From positions 16,178,782 to 16,242,781 of the forward strand of contig NC_092377.1 of assembly GCF_030028105.1 (NCBI RefSeq): a DNA stretch of 64,000 nucleotides. Reading direction: 5' to 3'. The DNA is from Mobula birostris (lineage: Eukaryota). This document shows positions 13,028 to 25,829 of the stretch, piece by piece; positions within the stretch are counted from its first letter, which is position 1, and every line of letters begins with the position of its first letter. The position numbers were made by a program, and so were the translations under genes. Under the pieces are notes generated by a model. That model saw only the letters and a list, made by a program, of their open reading frames with translations, was not told where the DNA came from and searched no databases.

Positions 13028-13713
13028 TAAAGCACCATGGGGCTCCCATTTCTGTAGGGCCTGACCTGTCAGTGGGCAGGTGACCTATCCTGGAGGACCA
13101 TGGTGGGAGAGTTTGGGATGAAGGTTATGACTCCATCAAGCTGTCCCCCAGCACGAGACCACAGCATTATGTGGAGGGAGGACTTCGCAGGCTTGACCAA
13201 CCTTTGAAGCTGCAGAACACAGCGAACAGCCTGTAGGCATCAGGAACAAGACATAGTACTTTTAAAAAGGCCTAACACAAGAACGTTACTCTTCCAAAGT
13301 TTACAGAAGAGCATAAATTGTTAATACTTTCAAAACCTCATCTGATGGAAATTGTCACCTGCTTGTATGTTAAATGTTGCTTATTACATAGTCTCATGAA
13401 ATGACAGCTATTTGTCACACATAAAATCCAGGGGGATGACTTACGTCAGAATGTAAAATGAGTGCTGTGATCCCCCAGCCCTTTTCAGCTTTTGTGAGCT
13501 TGTCCGCCCAGCCTCACTGAGTTGAGCACAGACAATTTTGGGCATGAGGGCAACACTTGACCGTCTCCATTAGTGTTTGGTTTGTGAACAGCTGTATTGC
13601 CAAGATGGGGGTATCAGTCTTTGATGCTGAACTTCCATTGTGGTTATCTGTTCCATAGTTTCACAATAGCAACATCTGGCTTGAATGATAAACGGATTTG
13701 AGGATCAAAATTC

Positions 13714-13868
13714 ATCCTAGGGACATTTGAGAGACTCTTATGGATGAAAGAAAAATGGAGGGCTATGTGGGAGGGAAGGGTTAGATTGATCTTGGAGTAG
13801 TCTAAAAGATTGGCACAACACCATGGACCAAAGGGCCCGTACTGTGCTGTCACCTTTTATGTTCTATT
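13714..13868 (+). mobile_element. CR1 3' tail fragment
   Basis: agggctatgtgggagggaagggttagattgatctt...ggcacaacaccatggaccaaagggcc; a similar copy lies at ~46625-46730. Confidence 0.65.
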
Positions 13869-13984
13869 ACCCCTGTTGGTTAAGGAGTTGACCCCATTCC
13901 CAGCTTTTCTGTTAGCTATTTTAACACAAGGTTTAGTCTGCTTATTTTGAATGAATCTATGTGAGTATGAAAGAGCCAGAATTT

Positions 13985-14471
13985 GAGGCCTAGTGTTCAG
14001 GGTTCTGGTTCAAGGCTGGGAGTTCAGAGTCCTCCTCCATCAACATCAGTGAGTCCTGGGACCGATTCTGAAAAATGAAGCCCAAAGTTCGTTTAGGAGT
14101 CCGGAAGTAGAGGCCCAATGGCCAAAGCCTGGGTCTGTGAGTTCACCGGGGAAGTCAAAGGCACAATGTCTGTGAGTCCAAGTCCACAGGAGGCAGGAAG
14201 CCTGAAACGTCCTATCCTGGGGTTGGAGGAATGTCGCTGTGTGTGCACGGCTGGCTGGGCGGTTGTCCTACTGTTGTTGTTTTGGCACTGTTGTCCTACT
14301 GTTGTTGTTGCTGGTGCTGCTTAGTGAAAATTGTGGGCATGCTATGTTGCACCTGAATGTGCATTGACACTCGCAGGCTGCCCCCAGCACATCCTTAGGT
14401 TGTTCGAGCAAATAACACATTTCACTGTATGTTCCAATGAACACATGATAAATAAATAAATCTGAATCTGA
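13985..14471 (+). mobile_element. SINE-like repeat with Rex-type tail
   Basis: Ends aataaataaatctgaatctga; segment 14330-14460 recurs in a tandem-like arrangement at 40455-40680. Confidence 0.6.
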
Positions 14472-14644
14472 AATATTGCCAGTCAACTAGAGTCATCAAT
14501 AGAGAACTCTAGCAAATTGATCTCCACTGGCTAGAAGAACAAGGATGGCAGATACTTGCACATCTGGCAGTAGTATTTCCTCATTCCTGCTTCTTCACCT
14601 GGTTAGTACTCTGGAACTCACTCCTTAGAAGCAGTGTCGGAACA

Positions 14645-15110
14645 AATAAACTCTTCTTGGGCTTCCAGCCGGGTACAGATGTCGATTTTAACCGATGTTT
14701 CAATGACAATCTCTGCCATGATGCCTGGGCATGTCTCCTCCAGAGGTATTTATACCCCTTTCATTCATCCCTCCTGATTGGTTAGTCCTCGTCCAATCAG
14801 GTTTCTGTTCTCCCACCTTGTTTACAATCAAGTTCCAGTTCTTACTTCAAGCAAAACCTTCATCTTTGTTAAAATTCTTTTCCTCTAGTTTTATTTCAAT
14901 GGCTTCCTTCACCAGGCAGTCCCAAAAGCCATTGGCGCGGCACGGTAGTTTTGTGCCGTCAAAGCCCTTGCAAATGCAATGTTCTGCTACTGCCAATTTC
15001 TCTGGGTAACCCAAACGGATACACCACTTGAGCTCCTTGATGTGGCTTTCCACTGTGAGCCCTGTCTGGCTCCGCATTCACAGGGAATCCTGTAAATACC
15101 AGCTGCCAGA
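14645..15110 (-). mobile_element. Second Penelope family: GIY-YIG 3' fragment plus pLTR remnant
   Basis: ORF 14847-15077: QTGLTVESHIKE..KLAVAEHC..LVKEAIEIKLEEKNFNKDEG, the typical PLE endonuclease C-terminus. Confidence 0.8.
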
Positions 15111-15259
15111 TCCTTTGCCACATGTGCTGCATCAGTTCAAAAAGAGATGCCACACCACCTGTTCAAGGATAACCAGGGATGCCAATGAATGCTGGCGTTG
15201 TTGGTAACATGCAAATACAAGAAAAGATTTGACTTGCCAAATGGCCTTTTTAAAAAATC

Positions 15260-16463
15260 CTTTGACAGAGTCGAATGGCCCTACTTATTTATGGTTCTAA
15301 ATTTATATCCTGGATCAAATTGTTATATCATTCTCCTATGGCCTCAGTTCGTACTAACTCTTTAAGCTCACCTTTTTTCCCTCTTTCTCGAGGTACTAGA
15401 CAAGGTTGTCCTCTTAGTCCTTTATTATTTGATATTGCATTAGAACCTCTTGCAATTGCCATTCGAGAATCTCCAAATATTATTAGGATAACTCGGGGCT
15501 TGAAGTCCGATAAAGTATCACTTTATGCTGATGGCTTACTTTTATATATTTCTAATCCTCAAAAATCTATCCCTGCTGCTTTAGATTTATTAGCACAATT
15601 TAGTCTTTTTTCCGGTTACAAGTTAAATCTCAGTAAGAGTGAACTTTTCCCGATTAATAAGCAACTTCCCTTGTATCAGAACCTTCCGTTTAAACTGATT
15701 AATAATCATTTTTCATATCTTGGGATTAAAATTACCTGTAAACATAAAGATTTATTCAAGACTAATTTCCTACCCTTAATTGATTATATTACTCAACTTT
15801 CATTTAAATGGTCTCTATTATACTTAACTTTGATTGGTCGTATTAATGCGGTTAAGATGTTTATTCTGCCAAAATTTTTATACGTATTTCAGGCACTACC
15901 GATTTTTGTTCCAAAATCCTTTTTTGACAAAGTTGACTCTAAAATTTCTTCATTTATTTGTCAAAATAAAAACCCGAGACTGGGTAAAATATATCTACAG
16001 AAAGCTAAGAGAGATGGAGGTTTGGCATTACCTAACTTTAGATTCTATTATTGGGCAATCAATATTCAACACATGAAATTTTAGTTACTTGATCAAGATA
16101 CACTATCCATTCCTAAATGGGTGGTATTGGAATTACAATCTGCTCAAGGTTATGCACTTGGCTCCATTTTAGGTTCTTCTCTTCCTTTTGATTCAAAACG
16201 TCATAAACAGGTTTGTAACCCAATAGTTAAATATACCTTATGTATTTGCTTTCAATTCCGAAAATTTTTCGATCTTAATCAATTTGGGCTTGCGATTCCT
16301 ATTTTAGGCAACATATTCTTTCCCCTCTCTTCTGCAGATCGTGCTTTTCAAATTTGGAAGACTAACGGTATTTCACGGTTTTTGGATTTATTTTTAGATG
16401 GTTCCCTTATGTCTTTTGAACAGTTATCTAACAAATATAACTTACCAAGAATACATTTTTTTT
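15260..16463 (+). mobile_element. L1-clade ORF2 internal RT fragment flanked by a 21-bp direct repeat
   Basis: RGTRQGCPLSPLLF..LEPLA, SLYADG, GYKLNLSKS, YLGI, GRINAVKM..LPKF, GGLALPNF; aaatggcctttttaaaaaatc at 15239-15259 and 16464-16484. Confidence 0.9.
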
Positions 16464-16714
16464 AAATGGCCTTTTTAAAAAATCTACACATAGCTAATTA
16501 ATTTTACTATATAGTACCTCAGAAAGGATTTGAACCCATAGTTCAAATTAAATTAAATCAAATCAAATTCAAATATAAAAAGCCGAGAGATCAAAACATG
16601 CACCAGCACCATTGGTTAGAACATAAGAGATGTTTCCATCTCACGTTTTCAGTCTGAAGAAATAGATGTATTTTGGAAGACAATGTACACTAGATGCTGA
16701 AAACAAACCAATTT

Positions 16715-18068
16715 TTGAAAATAGAAAGAAAATTTTGCACACCATACGACGCATCTGGACAGCAGTAACAGGATTGGTCCGAGTCAGCATGGATTTAGGA
16801 AGGGGAAATCTTCTGGAATTTTTTGAGGATGTAACTATGAAAATGGACAAGAGAGAGCCAGTGGATGTAGTGTACCTGGACTTTCAGAAAGCCTTTGATA
16901 AAGTCCCACATAGGAGATTAGTGGGCAAAATTAGGGCACATGGTATTGGGGTCAGAGTACTGACATGGATTGAAAATTGGCCGGCTGACAGAAAACAAAG
17001 AGTAGCGATTAACAGGTCCCTTTCAGAATGGCAGGTGGTAACTAGTGGGGTACTGCACGGTTCAGTGCTGGGACCGCAGCTGTTTACAATATATATTAAT
17101 GATTTAGATGAGGAAATTAAAAGTAACATTAGCAAATTTGCCCATGACACAAAGCTGGGTGGCAGTGTGAAATGTGAGGAGGATGTTATGAGAATGCAGG
17201 GTGACTTGGACAGGCTGGGTGAGTGGGCAGATGCATGGCAGATGCAGTTTAATGTGGATAAATGTGAGATTACCCACTTTGGTGGTAAGAACGGGAAGGC
17301 AGATTATTATCTAAATGGAGTCAAGTTAGGAAAAGAGGAAGCACAATGAGATCTAGGTGTTCTTGTACATCAGTCACTGAAAGCAAATATGCAAGTACAG
17401 CAGGGAGTGAAGAAAGCTAATGGCATGCTGGCTTTCATAACAAGGGGAATTGAGTATAAGAGCAAAGAGGTCCTTCTGCAGCTATACAGGGCCCTGGTGA
17501 GACCACACCTGGAGTACTGTGCGCAGTTTTGGTCTCCAAATTTGAGGAAGGACATTCTTGCTATTGAGGGAGTGCAGCGTAGGTTCACAAGGTTAATTCC
17601 TGGGATGATGGGACTGTCATACGTCGAAAGATTGGAGTGACTGGGCTTGTATACTCTGGAATTTAGAAGGCTGAGAGGGGATCTTACTGAAACATATAAG
17701 ATTATTAAGCGATTGGATACGCTGCAGGCAGGAAGCATGTTTCTGCTGATGGGTGAGCCCAGAACCAGAGGCCACAGTTTAAGAATAAGGGGTAGGCCAT
17801 TTAGAACAGAGTTGAGGAAAAACTTTTTCACCCAGAGAGTGGTGGATATATGGAATGCTCTGCCCCAGAAGGCTGTGGAGGCCAAATCTCCGGATGCCTT
17901 CAAGAAAGAGATGGATAGAGCTCTTAAAGATAGTGGAATCAAAGGTTATGGGGATAAGGCAGGAACTGGATACTGATTGTGGATGATCAGCCATGATCAC
18001 AGTGAATGGCAGTGCTGGCTCGATGGGCTGAATGGCCTACTCCTGCACCTATGGTCTATTGTCTATTG
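16715..18068 (+). mobile_element. CR1 LINE ORF2 3' half with intact 3' end
   Basis: [44 protein letters not shown]; few stops; ctattgtctattg tail. Confidence 0.93.
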
Positions 18069-18812
18069 TGTGAGGTTATATAAATATTTGCAGTGTGTAC
18101 AAAAACAAATAGGCAATGCTATGCAGATATAAATCATTGGTTAGTTAGAGGTTAATGGCCTATTTTCGGAAGGGCATCAGATAATAGAGAGGAATAAAGA
18201 AAAGATCCATTAAGATACTGCCACAGGTCATTCCGAAAGAAAGAGGAAGCTCTCTAAACCAATTATCTCGAGGATAAGATTGAAGTATTCAAAATTATCA
18301 GGATGTTCTGTTGAAGTAATTTGGGACGAACAATTTCAACAGCCAATTAAGAGGCTATAATTGATGACACTGACAAAAGATGTTCTTCTCATGCTTGTGA
18401 ACCCTTCGAAAGTACTACCAACTAACCACCCTTGCCTACTTCCTGTAAATTTGGAGTCATTCAAACCTCCGACTTTATAATTCCCAGTCTCTTTACCCAA
18501 TTATTTCTGTTGCAATATATGATTAATCATCTTTTGTTAGTTTTGTAATAAACCTCGGATGCAGAATAGAATAGTATAGAACTTTACCGTCTTTGCTCAA
18601 AACAACAACATTGCGGAGCTACACCAATCCGTGCAAAACTGATATTTACAATGCCTGCAATACAGCTTAATTTTAAATAAATAAATAAAGCTCCCGTATT
18701 TACATACAAAAAGTGATTTTGATAGCCCATAACACTCAAAGGCCATTGGCAAACTGGGGTGCAGCATTACTCAGCTGCACCACAGCCCAGGGGAAGCAGC
18801 TGTTTTAGGCTA

Positions 18813-19235
18813 GAAGACCATAAGATACAGGAGCAGAATTAGGCCATTTAGCCCATCAAGTCTGTTCCGCCATAACAGAAAAATGAGGGGGTGGATCTCA
18901 TTGAAACCGATCAAATGTTGAAAGACCTGGATGGAAAAGACATGGAGATGTTTCCTATAGTGAGTGAGTTTAGGACCAGAATAGAAGATGGTCCCTTTAG
19001 GACAGAGATGAGGAATTTCCTTAGCCAGAGGGTCATGAAACTGTGGAATTCATTGCCACAGACCACTGTGGAGGCCAAGTCATTGAGTATATTTAAAGTG
19101 GAGTTTGACAGGTCGTCAAAGGTCACAGGGAGAAGGCAGTAGAATGAGGTTGAGAGGGACAACAAATCAACCATGATGGAATGGCAGAACAGACTCGATG
19201 GGATGAATAACTTAATTCTGCTCCTGTGGCTTTGG
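18813..19235 (+). mobile_element. CR1 3' fragments (short inverted piece plus sense piece)
   Basis: ORF 18891-19142 resembles the CR1 ORF2 C-terminus; 18813-18872 is a CR1 3' end on the minus strand. Confidence 0.7.
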
Positions 19236-19255
19236 GTTTTACATGCCTGCTAGCT

Positions 19256-20903
19256 CTGAATCAGAATCCGGTTTATTATCACCGGCATGTGACGTGAAAT
19301 TTGTTAACTTAGCAGCAGCAGTTCAATGCAATACATAATAGAGAAGAAAACAAAAACTAAATAAAATAATAATAATAAAACACAAATAAGTCAATCAATT
19401 CGCAGACACGAGGTATTCTGCAGATGCTGGAATTTCAAGCAACACACAAAAAGGTTGCTGGTGAACGCAGCAGGCCAGGGCAGCATCTCTAGGAAGAGGT
19501 ACAGTTGATGTTTCAGGCCGAGACCCTTTGTCAGGACTAACTGAAAGAAGAGCTAGTAAGAGATTTGAAAGTGGGAGGGGGAGGGGGAGATCCGAAATGA
19601 TAGGAGAAGACAGGAGGGGGAGGGATGAAGCCAAGAGCTGGACAGTTGATTGGCAAAAGGGATATGAGAGGATCATGGGACAGGAGGCTTCTTCTTTCAA
19701 TTAGTCCTGCGTTCACCAGCAACTTTTATGTGTGTTGCTAAGTAAATCAATTACAGTGTATGTATATTGAATAGATTAAAAATCATTCAAAAAACAGAAA
19801 TAATATATATTTAAAAAGTGAGGTAGTGTTCACGGGTTCAATGTCCATTTGGGAATCGGATGGCAGAGGGAAGAAGCTGTTCCTGAATCACTGAGTATGT
19901 GCTTTCAGACTTCTGTACTTCCTACCCGATGGTAACAGTGAGAAAAGGGCATGTCCTGGATGCTGGAGGTCCTTAATAATGGACGCTGCCTTTCTGAGAC
20001 ACCGCACCTTGAAGATGTCCTGGGTACTTTGTAGGCTAGTGCCCAAGATGGAGCTGACTAGATTTACAACCTTCTGCAGCTTCTTTCGGTCCTGTGCAGT
20101 AGCCCCTCCATACCAGACAGTGATGCAGCCTGTCAGAATGCTCTCCACAGTACAACTATAGAAGTTTTTGAGTGTATTCGTTGACATGCTAAATTGCTTC
20201 AAACTCCTAATAAAGTATAGCCGCTGTCTTGCCTTCTTTATGACTGCACCAATATGTTGGGACCAGGTTAGATCCTCAGAGACTTTGACACCCAGGAACT
20301 TGAAGCTGCTCACTCTCTCCACTTCTGATCCCTCTATGAGCATTGGTATGTGTTCCTTTGACTTACCCTTCCTGAAGTCCACAATCAGCCATTTCATCTT
20401 ACTGACGTTGAGTGCCAGGTTGTTGCTGTGGCACCACTCCACTAGTTGGCATATCTCACTCCTGTACACCCTCTCGTCACCACTTGAGATTCTATCAACA
20501 ATGGTTGTATCATCAGCAAAGTCATAGATGGTATTTGAGCTGTGCCTAGCCACACAGTCATGTGTATACAGAGGGTAGAGCAGTGGGCTAAGCACACACG
20601 GCTGAAGTGCACAGTGTTGATCGTCAGCGAGGAGGATATGCTACCACCAATCCACACAGATTGTGGTCTTCTGGTTAGGAGTTGAGGATCCGATTGCAGA
20701 GGGAGGTATAGAAGCCCAGGTTCTGAAACTTCTCAATCAGGATTGTGGGAATGATGGTATTGAATGCTGAGCTATAGTCGATGAACAGCATCCTGACGTA
20801 GGTGTTTGTGTTGTCCAGGTGGTCTAAAGCCGTGTGAAGAGCCATTGAGACTGCATCTGCCGTTGACTTATTGTGGCGATAGGCAAATTGCAATGGGTCC
20901 AGG
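19256..20903 (-). mobile_element. Rex1/Babar LINE RT plus 3' end, interrupted by a Penelope derivative
   Basis: [26 protein letters not shown] (20675-20893), LSPLLY..FADDTT (19888-20595); (ctgatt)-type tail at 19256. Confidence 0.92.
19401..19738 (-). mobile_element. Penelope pLTR-derived element with 14-bp TSD
   Basis: Near-identical to the arms of 26448-27329; TSD taagtcaatcaatt 19387-19400 / taagtaaatcaatt 19739-19752. Confidence 0.85.
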
Positions 20904-20971
20904 TCTAGTCATGCCCATAAGTGACAAAGTATTATCTTTCCATGACATATGCATTTGGTTTCTCACTTGTA

Positions 20972-21170
20972 ATTGTTGTTGTTCCTTTCCACGCCTTGTG
21001 GTGCAACCTTGCTGTTCCTTCAACTCTTTTGCCTGTATTTTATGAGCACGAGTTCCTAGCTCAACACTCAACACAGCACGGATGGAAAGCATGCAAGGAA
21101 CCAGCTGGATTCAAACCCGGGATCACTTGGTTTGAAGTCCGGTGCAGATGCCACTGCACCACCGGCTGGC
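20972..21170 (-). mobile_element. tRNA-derived SINE with (CAA)n tail
   Basis: Same tRNA head as 10144 (tggtgcagtggcatc...gggtttgaatcc...ttgcatgctttccatc) but a different 3' part. Confidence 0.8.
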
Positions 21171-21624
21171 TACGTTTCTCATTTAAGGTGGAGTCATTGA
21201 CTTTTACCAGCATCAACTATTTGAGTGCAGCTTTCCATTAGAAAAACAACCACGTTGGCTGACAGACACCACTGCAGACTGTAAACCAAAGATTATCAGT
21301 GGTAATGGCTGCACTGATGTTAAAAGCATCATGCTTTTGTGAAAGCTTAACTTCATTATGCTTACTTTTAGTTCATTGAATTAGTTATTGTTAATGCCTG
21401 TGGGAGAAATTGATGCTTTGCAGAGTCTTCAATGATTAGACAGAGGAACAGGAAGGATTTCACTCTGAAAAAAATATTATGGAATTCAATTCGATTTCTA
21501 GCATTTAAAGACCCTGAGAATCATAAATGTTGAACTGTACAATGGAAAGATCTGACAGTACCTTTCCTTACTTTTATTTCATTACAAGGCCTTGATATAC
21601 TATAGTTACTAAATGTTTGGCCAT

Positions 21625-21842
21625 TTATTTATCTGTTTATTGAGATACAGCATGGATCAAGCCTTTTTGGCCCTTCAAGCTGTTCTGCCCGGAAACCCCC
21701 GACTGAACCCAAACCCAATCACAGGACAATTCACAATAACCAATTAACCTACCAATCGGTACATCTTTGGACTGAGGGAGGAAGCCAGGGCACCTGCAGG
21801 AAACTCATACAGCCATGGGGAGAATGTCTAAACCCCTTATAG
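21625..21842 (-). mobile_element. V-SINE (HE1-like) fragment
   Basis: V-domain-like ttctcccc..ggtttcct..gggtgc..ggcttcctccc.cagtccaaaga. Confidence 0.75.
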
Positions 21843-22554
21843 AATTTTGGATAATATAGATTCATTCAACCAAATGCAGAACAGTACCTTTTCTTACCTT
21901 ACACACTTTTATTTCATTACAATGTCATGATACACCACAGCTACTTGGTGATTTTGGATAATGCGGTTTCATTCAACCAACTGCTGAGGGGATTTGTTTT
22001 CAACTGATTGGAGGAGTCGTCATTACGTTACTAGGTCAAGATAAGGATTATCTTCATCTACAATCAGTCTTTTGGCAATGAAAGGGAAGTTATCGGAAGA
22101 TGATAATTGCCTTGTTAAACAAGCAGTCCTCACAACATCGGATGTGATTCTGATGAGGGAGGGAGAGAGACACATATCAGTGTCGATGGCTGATTTCTGC
22201 TAATGGTTTGTAAGAGATGCAAGTGGACTTAGCAACAGATGGAGAGTAAGCTATGCCCAAGAGGGTTTCTCTTTCCTTGAGGCACATTCCAAAGGACTTC
22301 AAAGACATCCGATGCCAAATGCTGCTGGCAGAAGGTTGGCAATCCCTGTTTGGAACACTGGGCAACTCTGGCTCAGTGTGTGTCATATTTCTGTTGGAAA
22401 AGATCGTCACCGGGGAATGCAGACACACTCACATCCCAATTATTGCAGACTTGTCTTCTTCATGGATCAATGTTCCCACAATGGAATTAAACACTCTTAC
22501 TGCAATTATTGCTTTGGTATGTCAACTGACAAAAACATCTGAATTAATCATTAA

Positions 22555-24332
22555 AGTCATAGAGTGGAAGAGCAGTACAGCACAGAAACAGGCCCTTCGG
22601 CCCACTGTCCCTGCTACCTAGCCCCATCTACCTGCAAATGGAGCTTAACTATTCATGCTCCTTCCATCTGTGTACCTAACCAAACCTCTTTCAAATGTTA
22701 CAATTGATCTTGCCTACCTAACCACTTCCGTTTATAGTTCGTTCCACACTCGTACCATACTCTGAGTGAAGAAGTTTCCCGCTCAAACACTCCTTAAATA
22801 TTTCACCTTTGACCCTAAACCTATGACCTCGAATTCTTGTCTCACCCAACCTGAAGGGAAAAAGCTTGCATGCAATTACCCTATCAAGATTCAAGATTAT
22901 TTAATGTCATTTCCTGTAAATAATCGTAAGGAGAATGAAATAAAGAACCCAATGATAATAATAACAAAAATAAACAATTAATGTCATACATAAGACAGCC
23001 TATATACAGAGAATGATTGTACGTCCACGAAGGACTGCAAAGCTGTATATAAGGTGAGTGATGGGAAATAAGGTGGTGAAGTTAGAGGGGGAGGTGTTGA
23101 TCAGCCTTACTGCTTGGGGAAAGTCACTGTTTTTGAGTCTGGTGGTCCTGATGTGGACACTAGGTTGTCTCCTCCCTGATGGGAGTGAGAAAAACAGTCC
23201 ATGAGCAGGGTGGGTGGGATCCTTCATGATGATACTGGACCCGTTCCAGCACCTTTCTGCATTATGTGCCCTTGGTGGCAGATAAGCTGGTGCCAGTGAT
23301 GCCCTGGGCAGTTTTGACTACCAAAGGTGGAGCCTTCCGGTCCACTGCAGTGCAGTTTTTGTATCAAGCGGCGAGGCAGCTTGTCAGGATGATCTCCACG
23401 GACATGAGTATAGGTGTGCATTGTCCAGCTCTCTTCAGCAGCTTCAGAAAATAGAGAAGTTGGTGAGCTTTCCTAATTTTGTGTAGGACGTGTTCTTGGA
23501 CCATGAGAGGTTGCGCGTGACGTGCGCTCCCAGGAGTGTGCAAGCGCTTGCAGTTTCCACTGCTCTACCAACCAATGTAAAGGTGGGGGCGGGATTTGTG
23601 CGTGGTACAAGTTCTGCTGAAGTCGATAACCATTTCCTTTTTCCTGCTGACATTGAGGAAGAGGTTATTTGCCTGACAGCAGGCCTTGAGCTCTTCCCCC
23701 TCCTTTCCGTAGGCCGTCTCATCGTGGTTGGTGATGTCATGTCGTTGGCGAACCTGATGATGTGATTGCTCAGGTATTTGGCCGCGCAAGAGCAGAGCGT
23801 ACAGCAGTGGGCTCAGCACACGGCCTGGAGGAGACTCCCATGTTGAGGATGACGGGGAGGAAGGAGCAGTTCTGCATCCTGACTATCGTCGGGAAGTCCA
23901 ACAGCCAGTCACACAGTGGTATATTCAGACCAAGGAGAAGGAGCTTGTTCACCAAGGCCTGTGGGACAACAGAGTTGAATGCTGAACTGAAGTCCAGAAA
24001 CAGCTTTCTGACATAAGTGTCCTTGTTTTCTAGGTGTGTCAGGGCCAGGTGCATGGCAGATGTTATGGCATCTGTTGTAGAGCGGTTCTGTTGGTGAGTG
24101 TCCAAGGTGACAGAAATTGATTTTTTGATATATGCCTTTACCAAGCATTACCTATACCCCTCTAAATTTTGTACATCTCTGCAATATCTCCCCTCATTTT
24201 CATGCACTCCAAAGAATAAAGTCCTTACCTGTTCAACATTTCCCTGAAACGCAGGATTTTACATTTGACAACATTTTCTGAATTTCCTCTGCATTCTTTC
24301 AAGCTTATTGATATACTTCCTGTAGGTAGGTC
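22555..24332 (-). mobile_element. CR1 3' region interrupted by a Rex1/Babar LINE
   Basis: CR1 3' end at 22555-22884 resumes at 24147-24332; attaccctat/attacctat at the junctions. Confidence 0.7.
22885..24146 (-). mobile_element. Rex1/Babar LINE (decayed)
   Basis: NRSTTDAI..YVRKLFLDFSSAFNSV (23770-24144), KKEMVIDF, KDPTHPAHGLF..LPSGRR. Confidence 0.88.
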
Positions 24333-24802
24333 GATTCTTTTAAATGTACTAGACTAAATTTTGTGACCAATTGTAAAAAAACACTTTGTAAATATTTTTA
24401 ATCCTCTTCCCCATTGGTTCTGTCCTTTGGCACAATGCAAAGTTAAACTTTCAATCTAAGCCCAGTTAAAAAAAAATCACTAAAAGCTATGCAGTCCATC
24501 ATGATTTATGACCATTAATAGTGTCAAAACTCTCAGTCCACCAATTGATATCATCTTTACTCACCTCCCTTCACAGACAAGAAGGAATTCATGAATTTCA
24601 GCCGGAACTTTAATTAGCATAAGGCAAATGAAGCCAAATGAGCCAAAATGGTGAAGCATTTTGTTTGGGAAATTGGTTTTGGTTCAAGTAGCTCTTTGCT
24701 GTGCCATTTTCCACAGCCCAACACAACACTGGCTGTTAAACATGGATTAAAATTCAACATATCCCAATCTGGACTATTGATGCTGATAACAACTTCAAAC
24801 AA

Positions 24803-25272
24803 ATTACATTTCCTTCAACCCTGATGGCATGAAAGCCAATTTCTCTAACTTCTGATAATTTCTCACCCCTCCTTCCTTCTCTCTGTTTCCATTCCCCTTT
24901 CTGGTTACCCTCTCACCCCATCTCTTCTCCTCACCTACACATCTCCTCCCTGTATTTCCACTCCTCCACCCTTTCTTCCATGATCCACCATCCTCTCCTA
25001 TAAGCTTCCTTCTTCTTCCGCTCTTTACCCCTTCCACCTACCGTCTCCCAGCTTCTTAACTAAGCACCACCCCGCCCCCCACAACCCTCCACCTAACTTC
25101 CCCTGGTCTCCCCATCACCTTCCAGCTTGTATTTCTTCCTCTCCAGGTCTATTCTGACCAGCCCCTTCCTTCCCAGTTCTGATGAAGGGCCTTAGCCGGA
25201 AACATCGCCTGTTTATTCCCCTACAGAGATGTGCCTGATTTATGGAGTTCCTCCAGAATCTTGTGTGTGTTA
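24803..25272 (+). mobile_element. Penelope 3'/pLTR fragment
   Basis: cctgatggcatgaa..ttctctaacttc, pyrimidine-rich body, ctgatgaaggg..gaaacatc, gagttcctccag. Confidence 0.75.
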
Positions 25273-25829
25273 AATTCCTTCATTACATTTTTCCATACTT
25301 TGAAGATTTTGCTTTTGGTTGTCCTATTATTTCCTCTCCTTCTTACTACAGCAGCTGAACAGCATGGCGGGCAGACCCCAGCACAGTAACCCAAGCTCAG
25401 ATCTCTGTTTTCTGTCTGTCTTTGGCTCCCTCAGTCAAGATGCATGTGGCTGCTTCATGACATTCCGAGCAGGATTGTCATATCTTCCCCTCCTCCTTAG
25501 GCTCTGCCCTGGAGGTCAGGAGCAACAAATTTATACTCCAATTTTGTAGGCTGTGAGGTGGATAATGAAACCAAACCAGGAACCAGAGAGACTTCCACAG
25601 ATGGGGCAGGTAATGTGTCATGAGTAGTGTTGTATGGTCCTCCACTCCTGCCGTCAATGTAGGGCTCCTGTGCACACATGACCTTTGGCCAAGAAGTTCT
25701 CACTATAATCCCCACAACTCCTTCAACAATGACTGATATTACTGAGGCAATAATTGGAGTATCAGGTGTGGCTGGGAGATGATTCAAGTATTTTCTACTG
25801 AAATTACCATTTTCAATCATCCCATGTAC

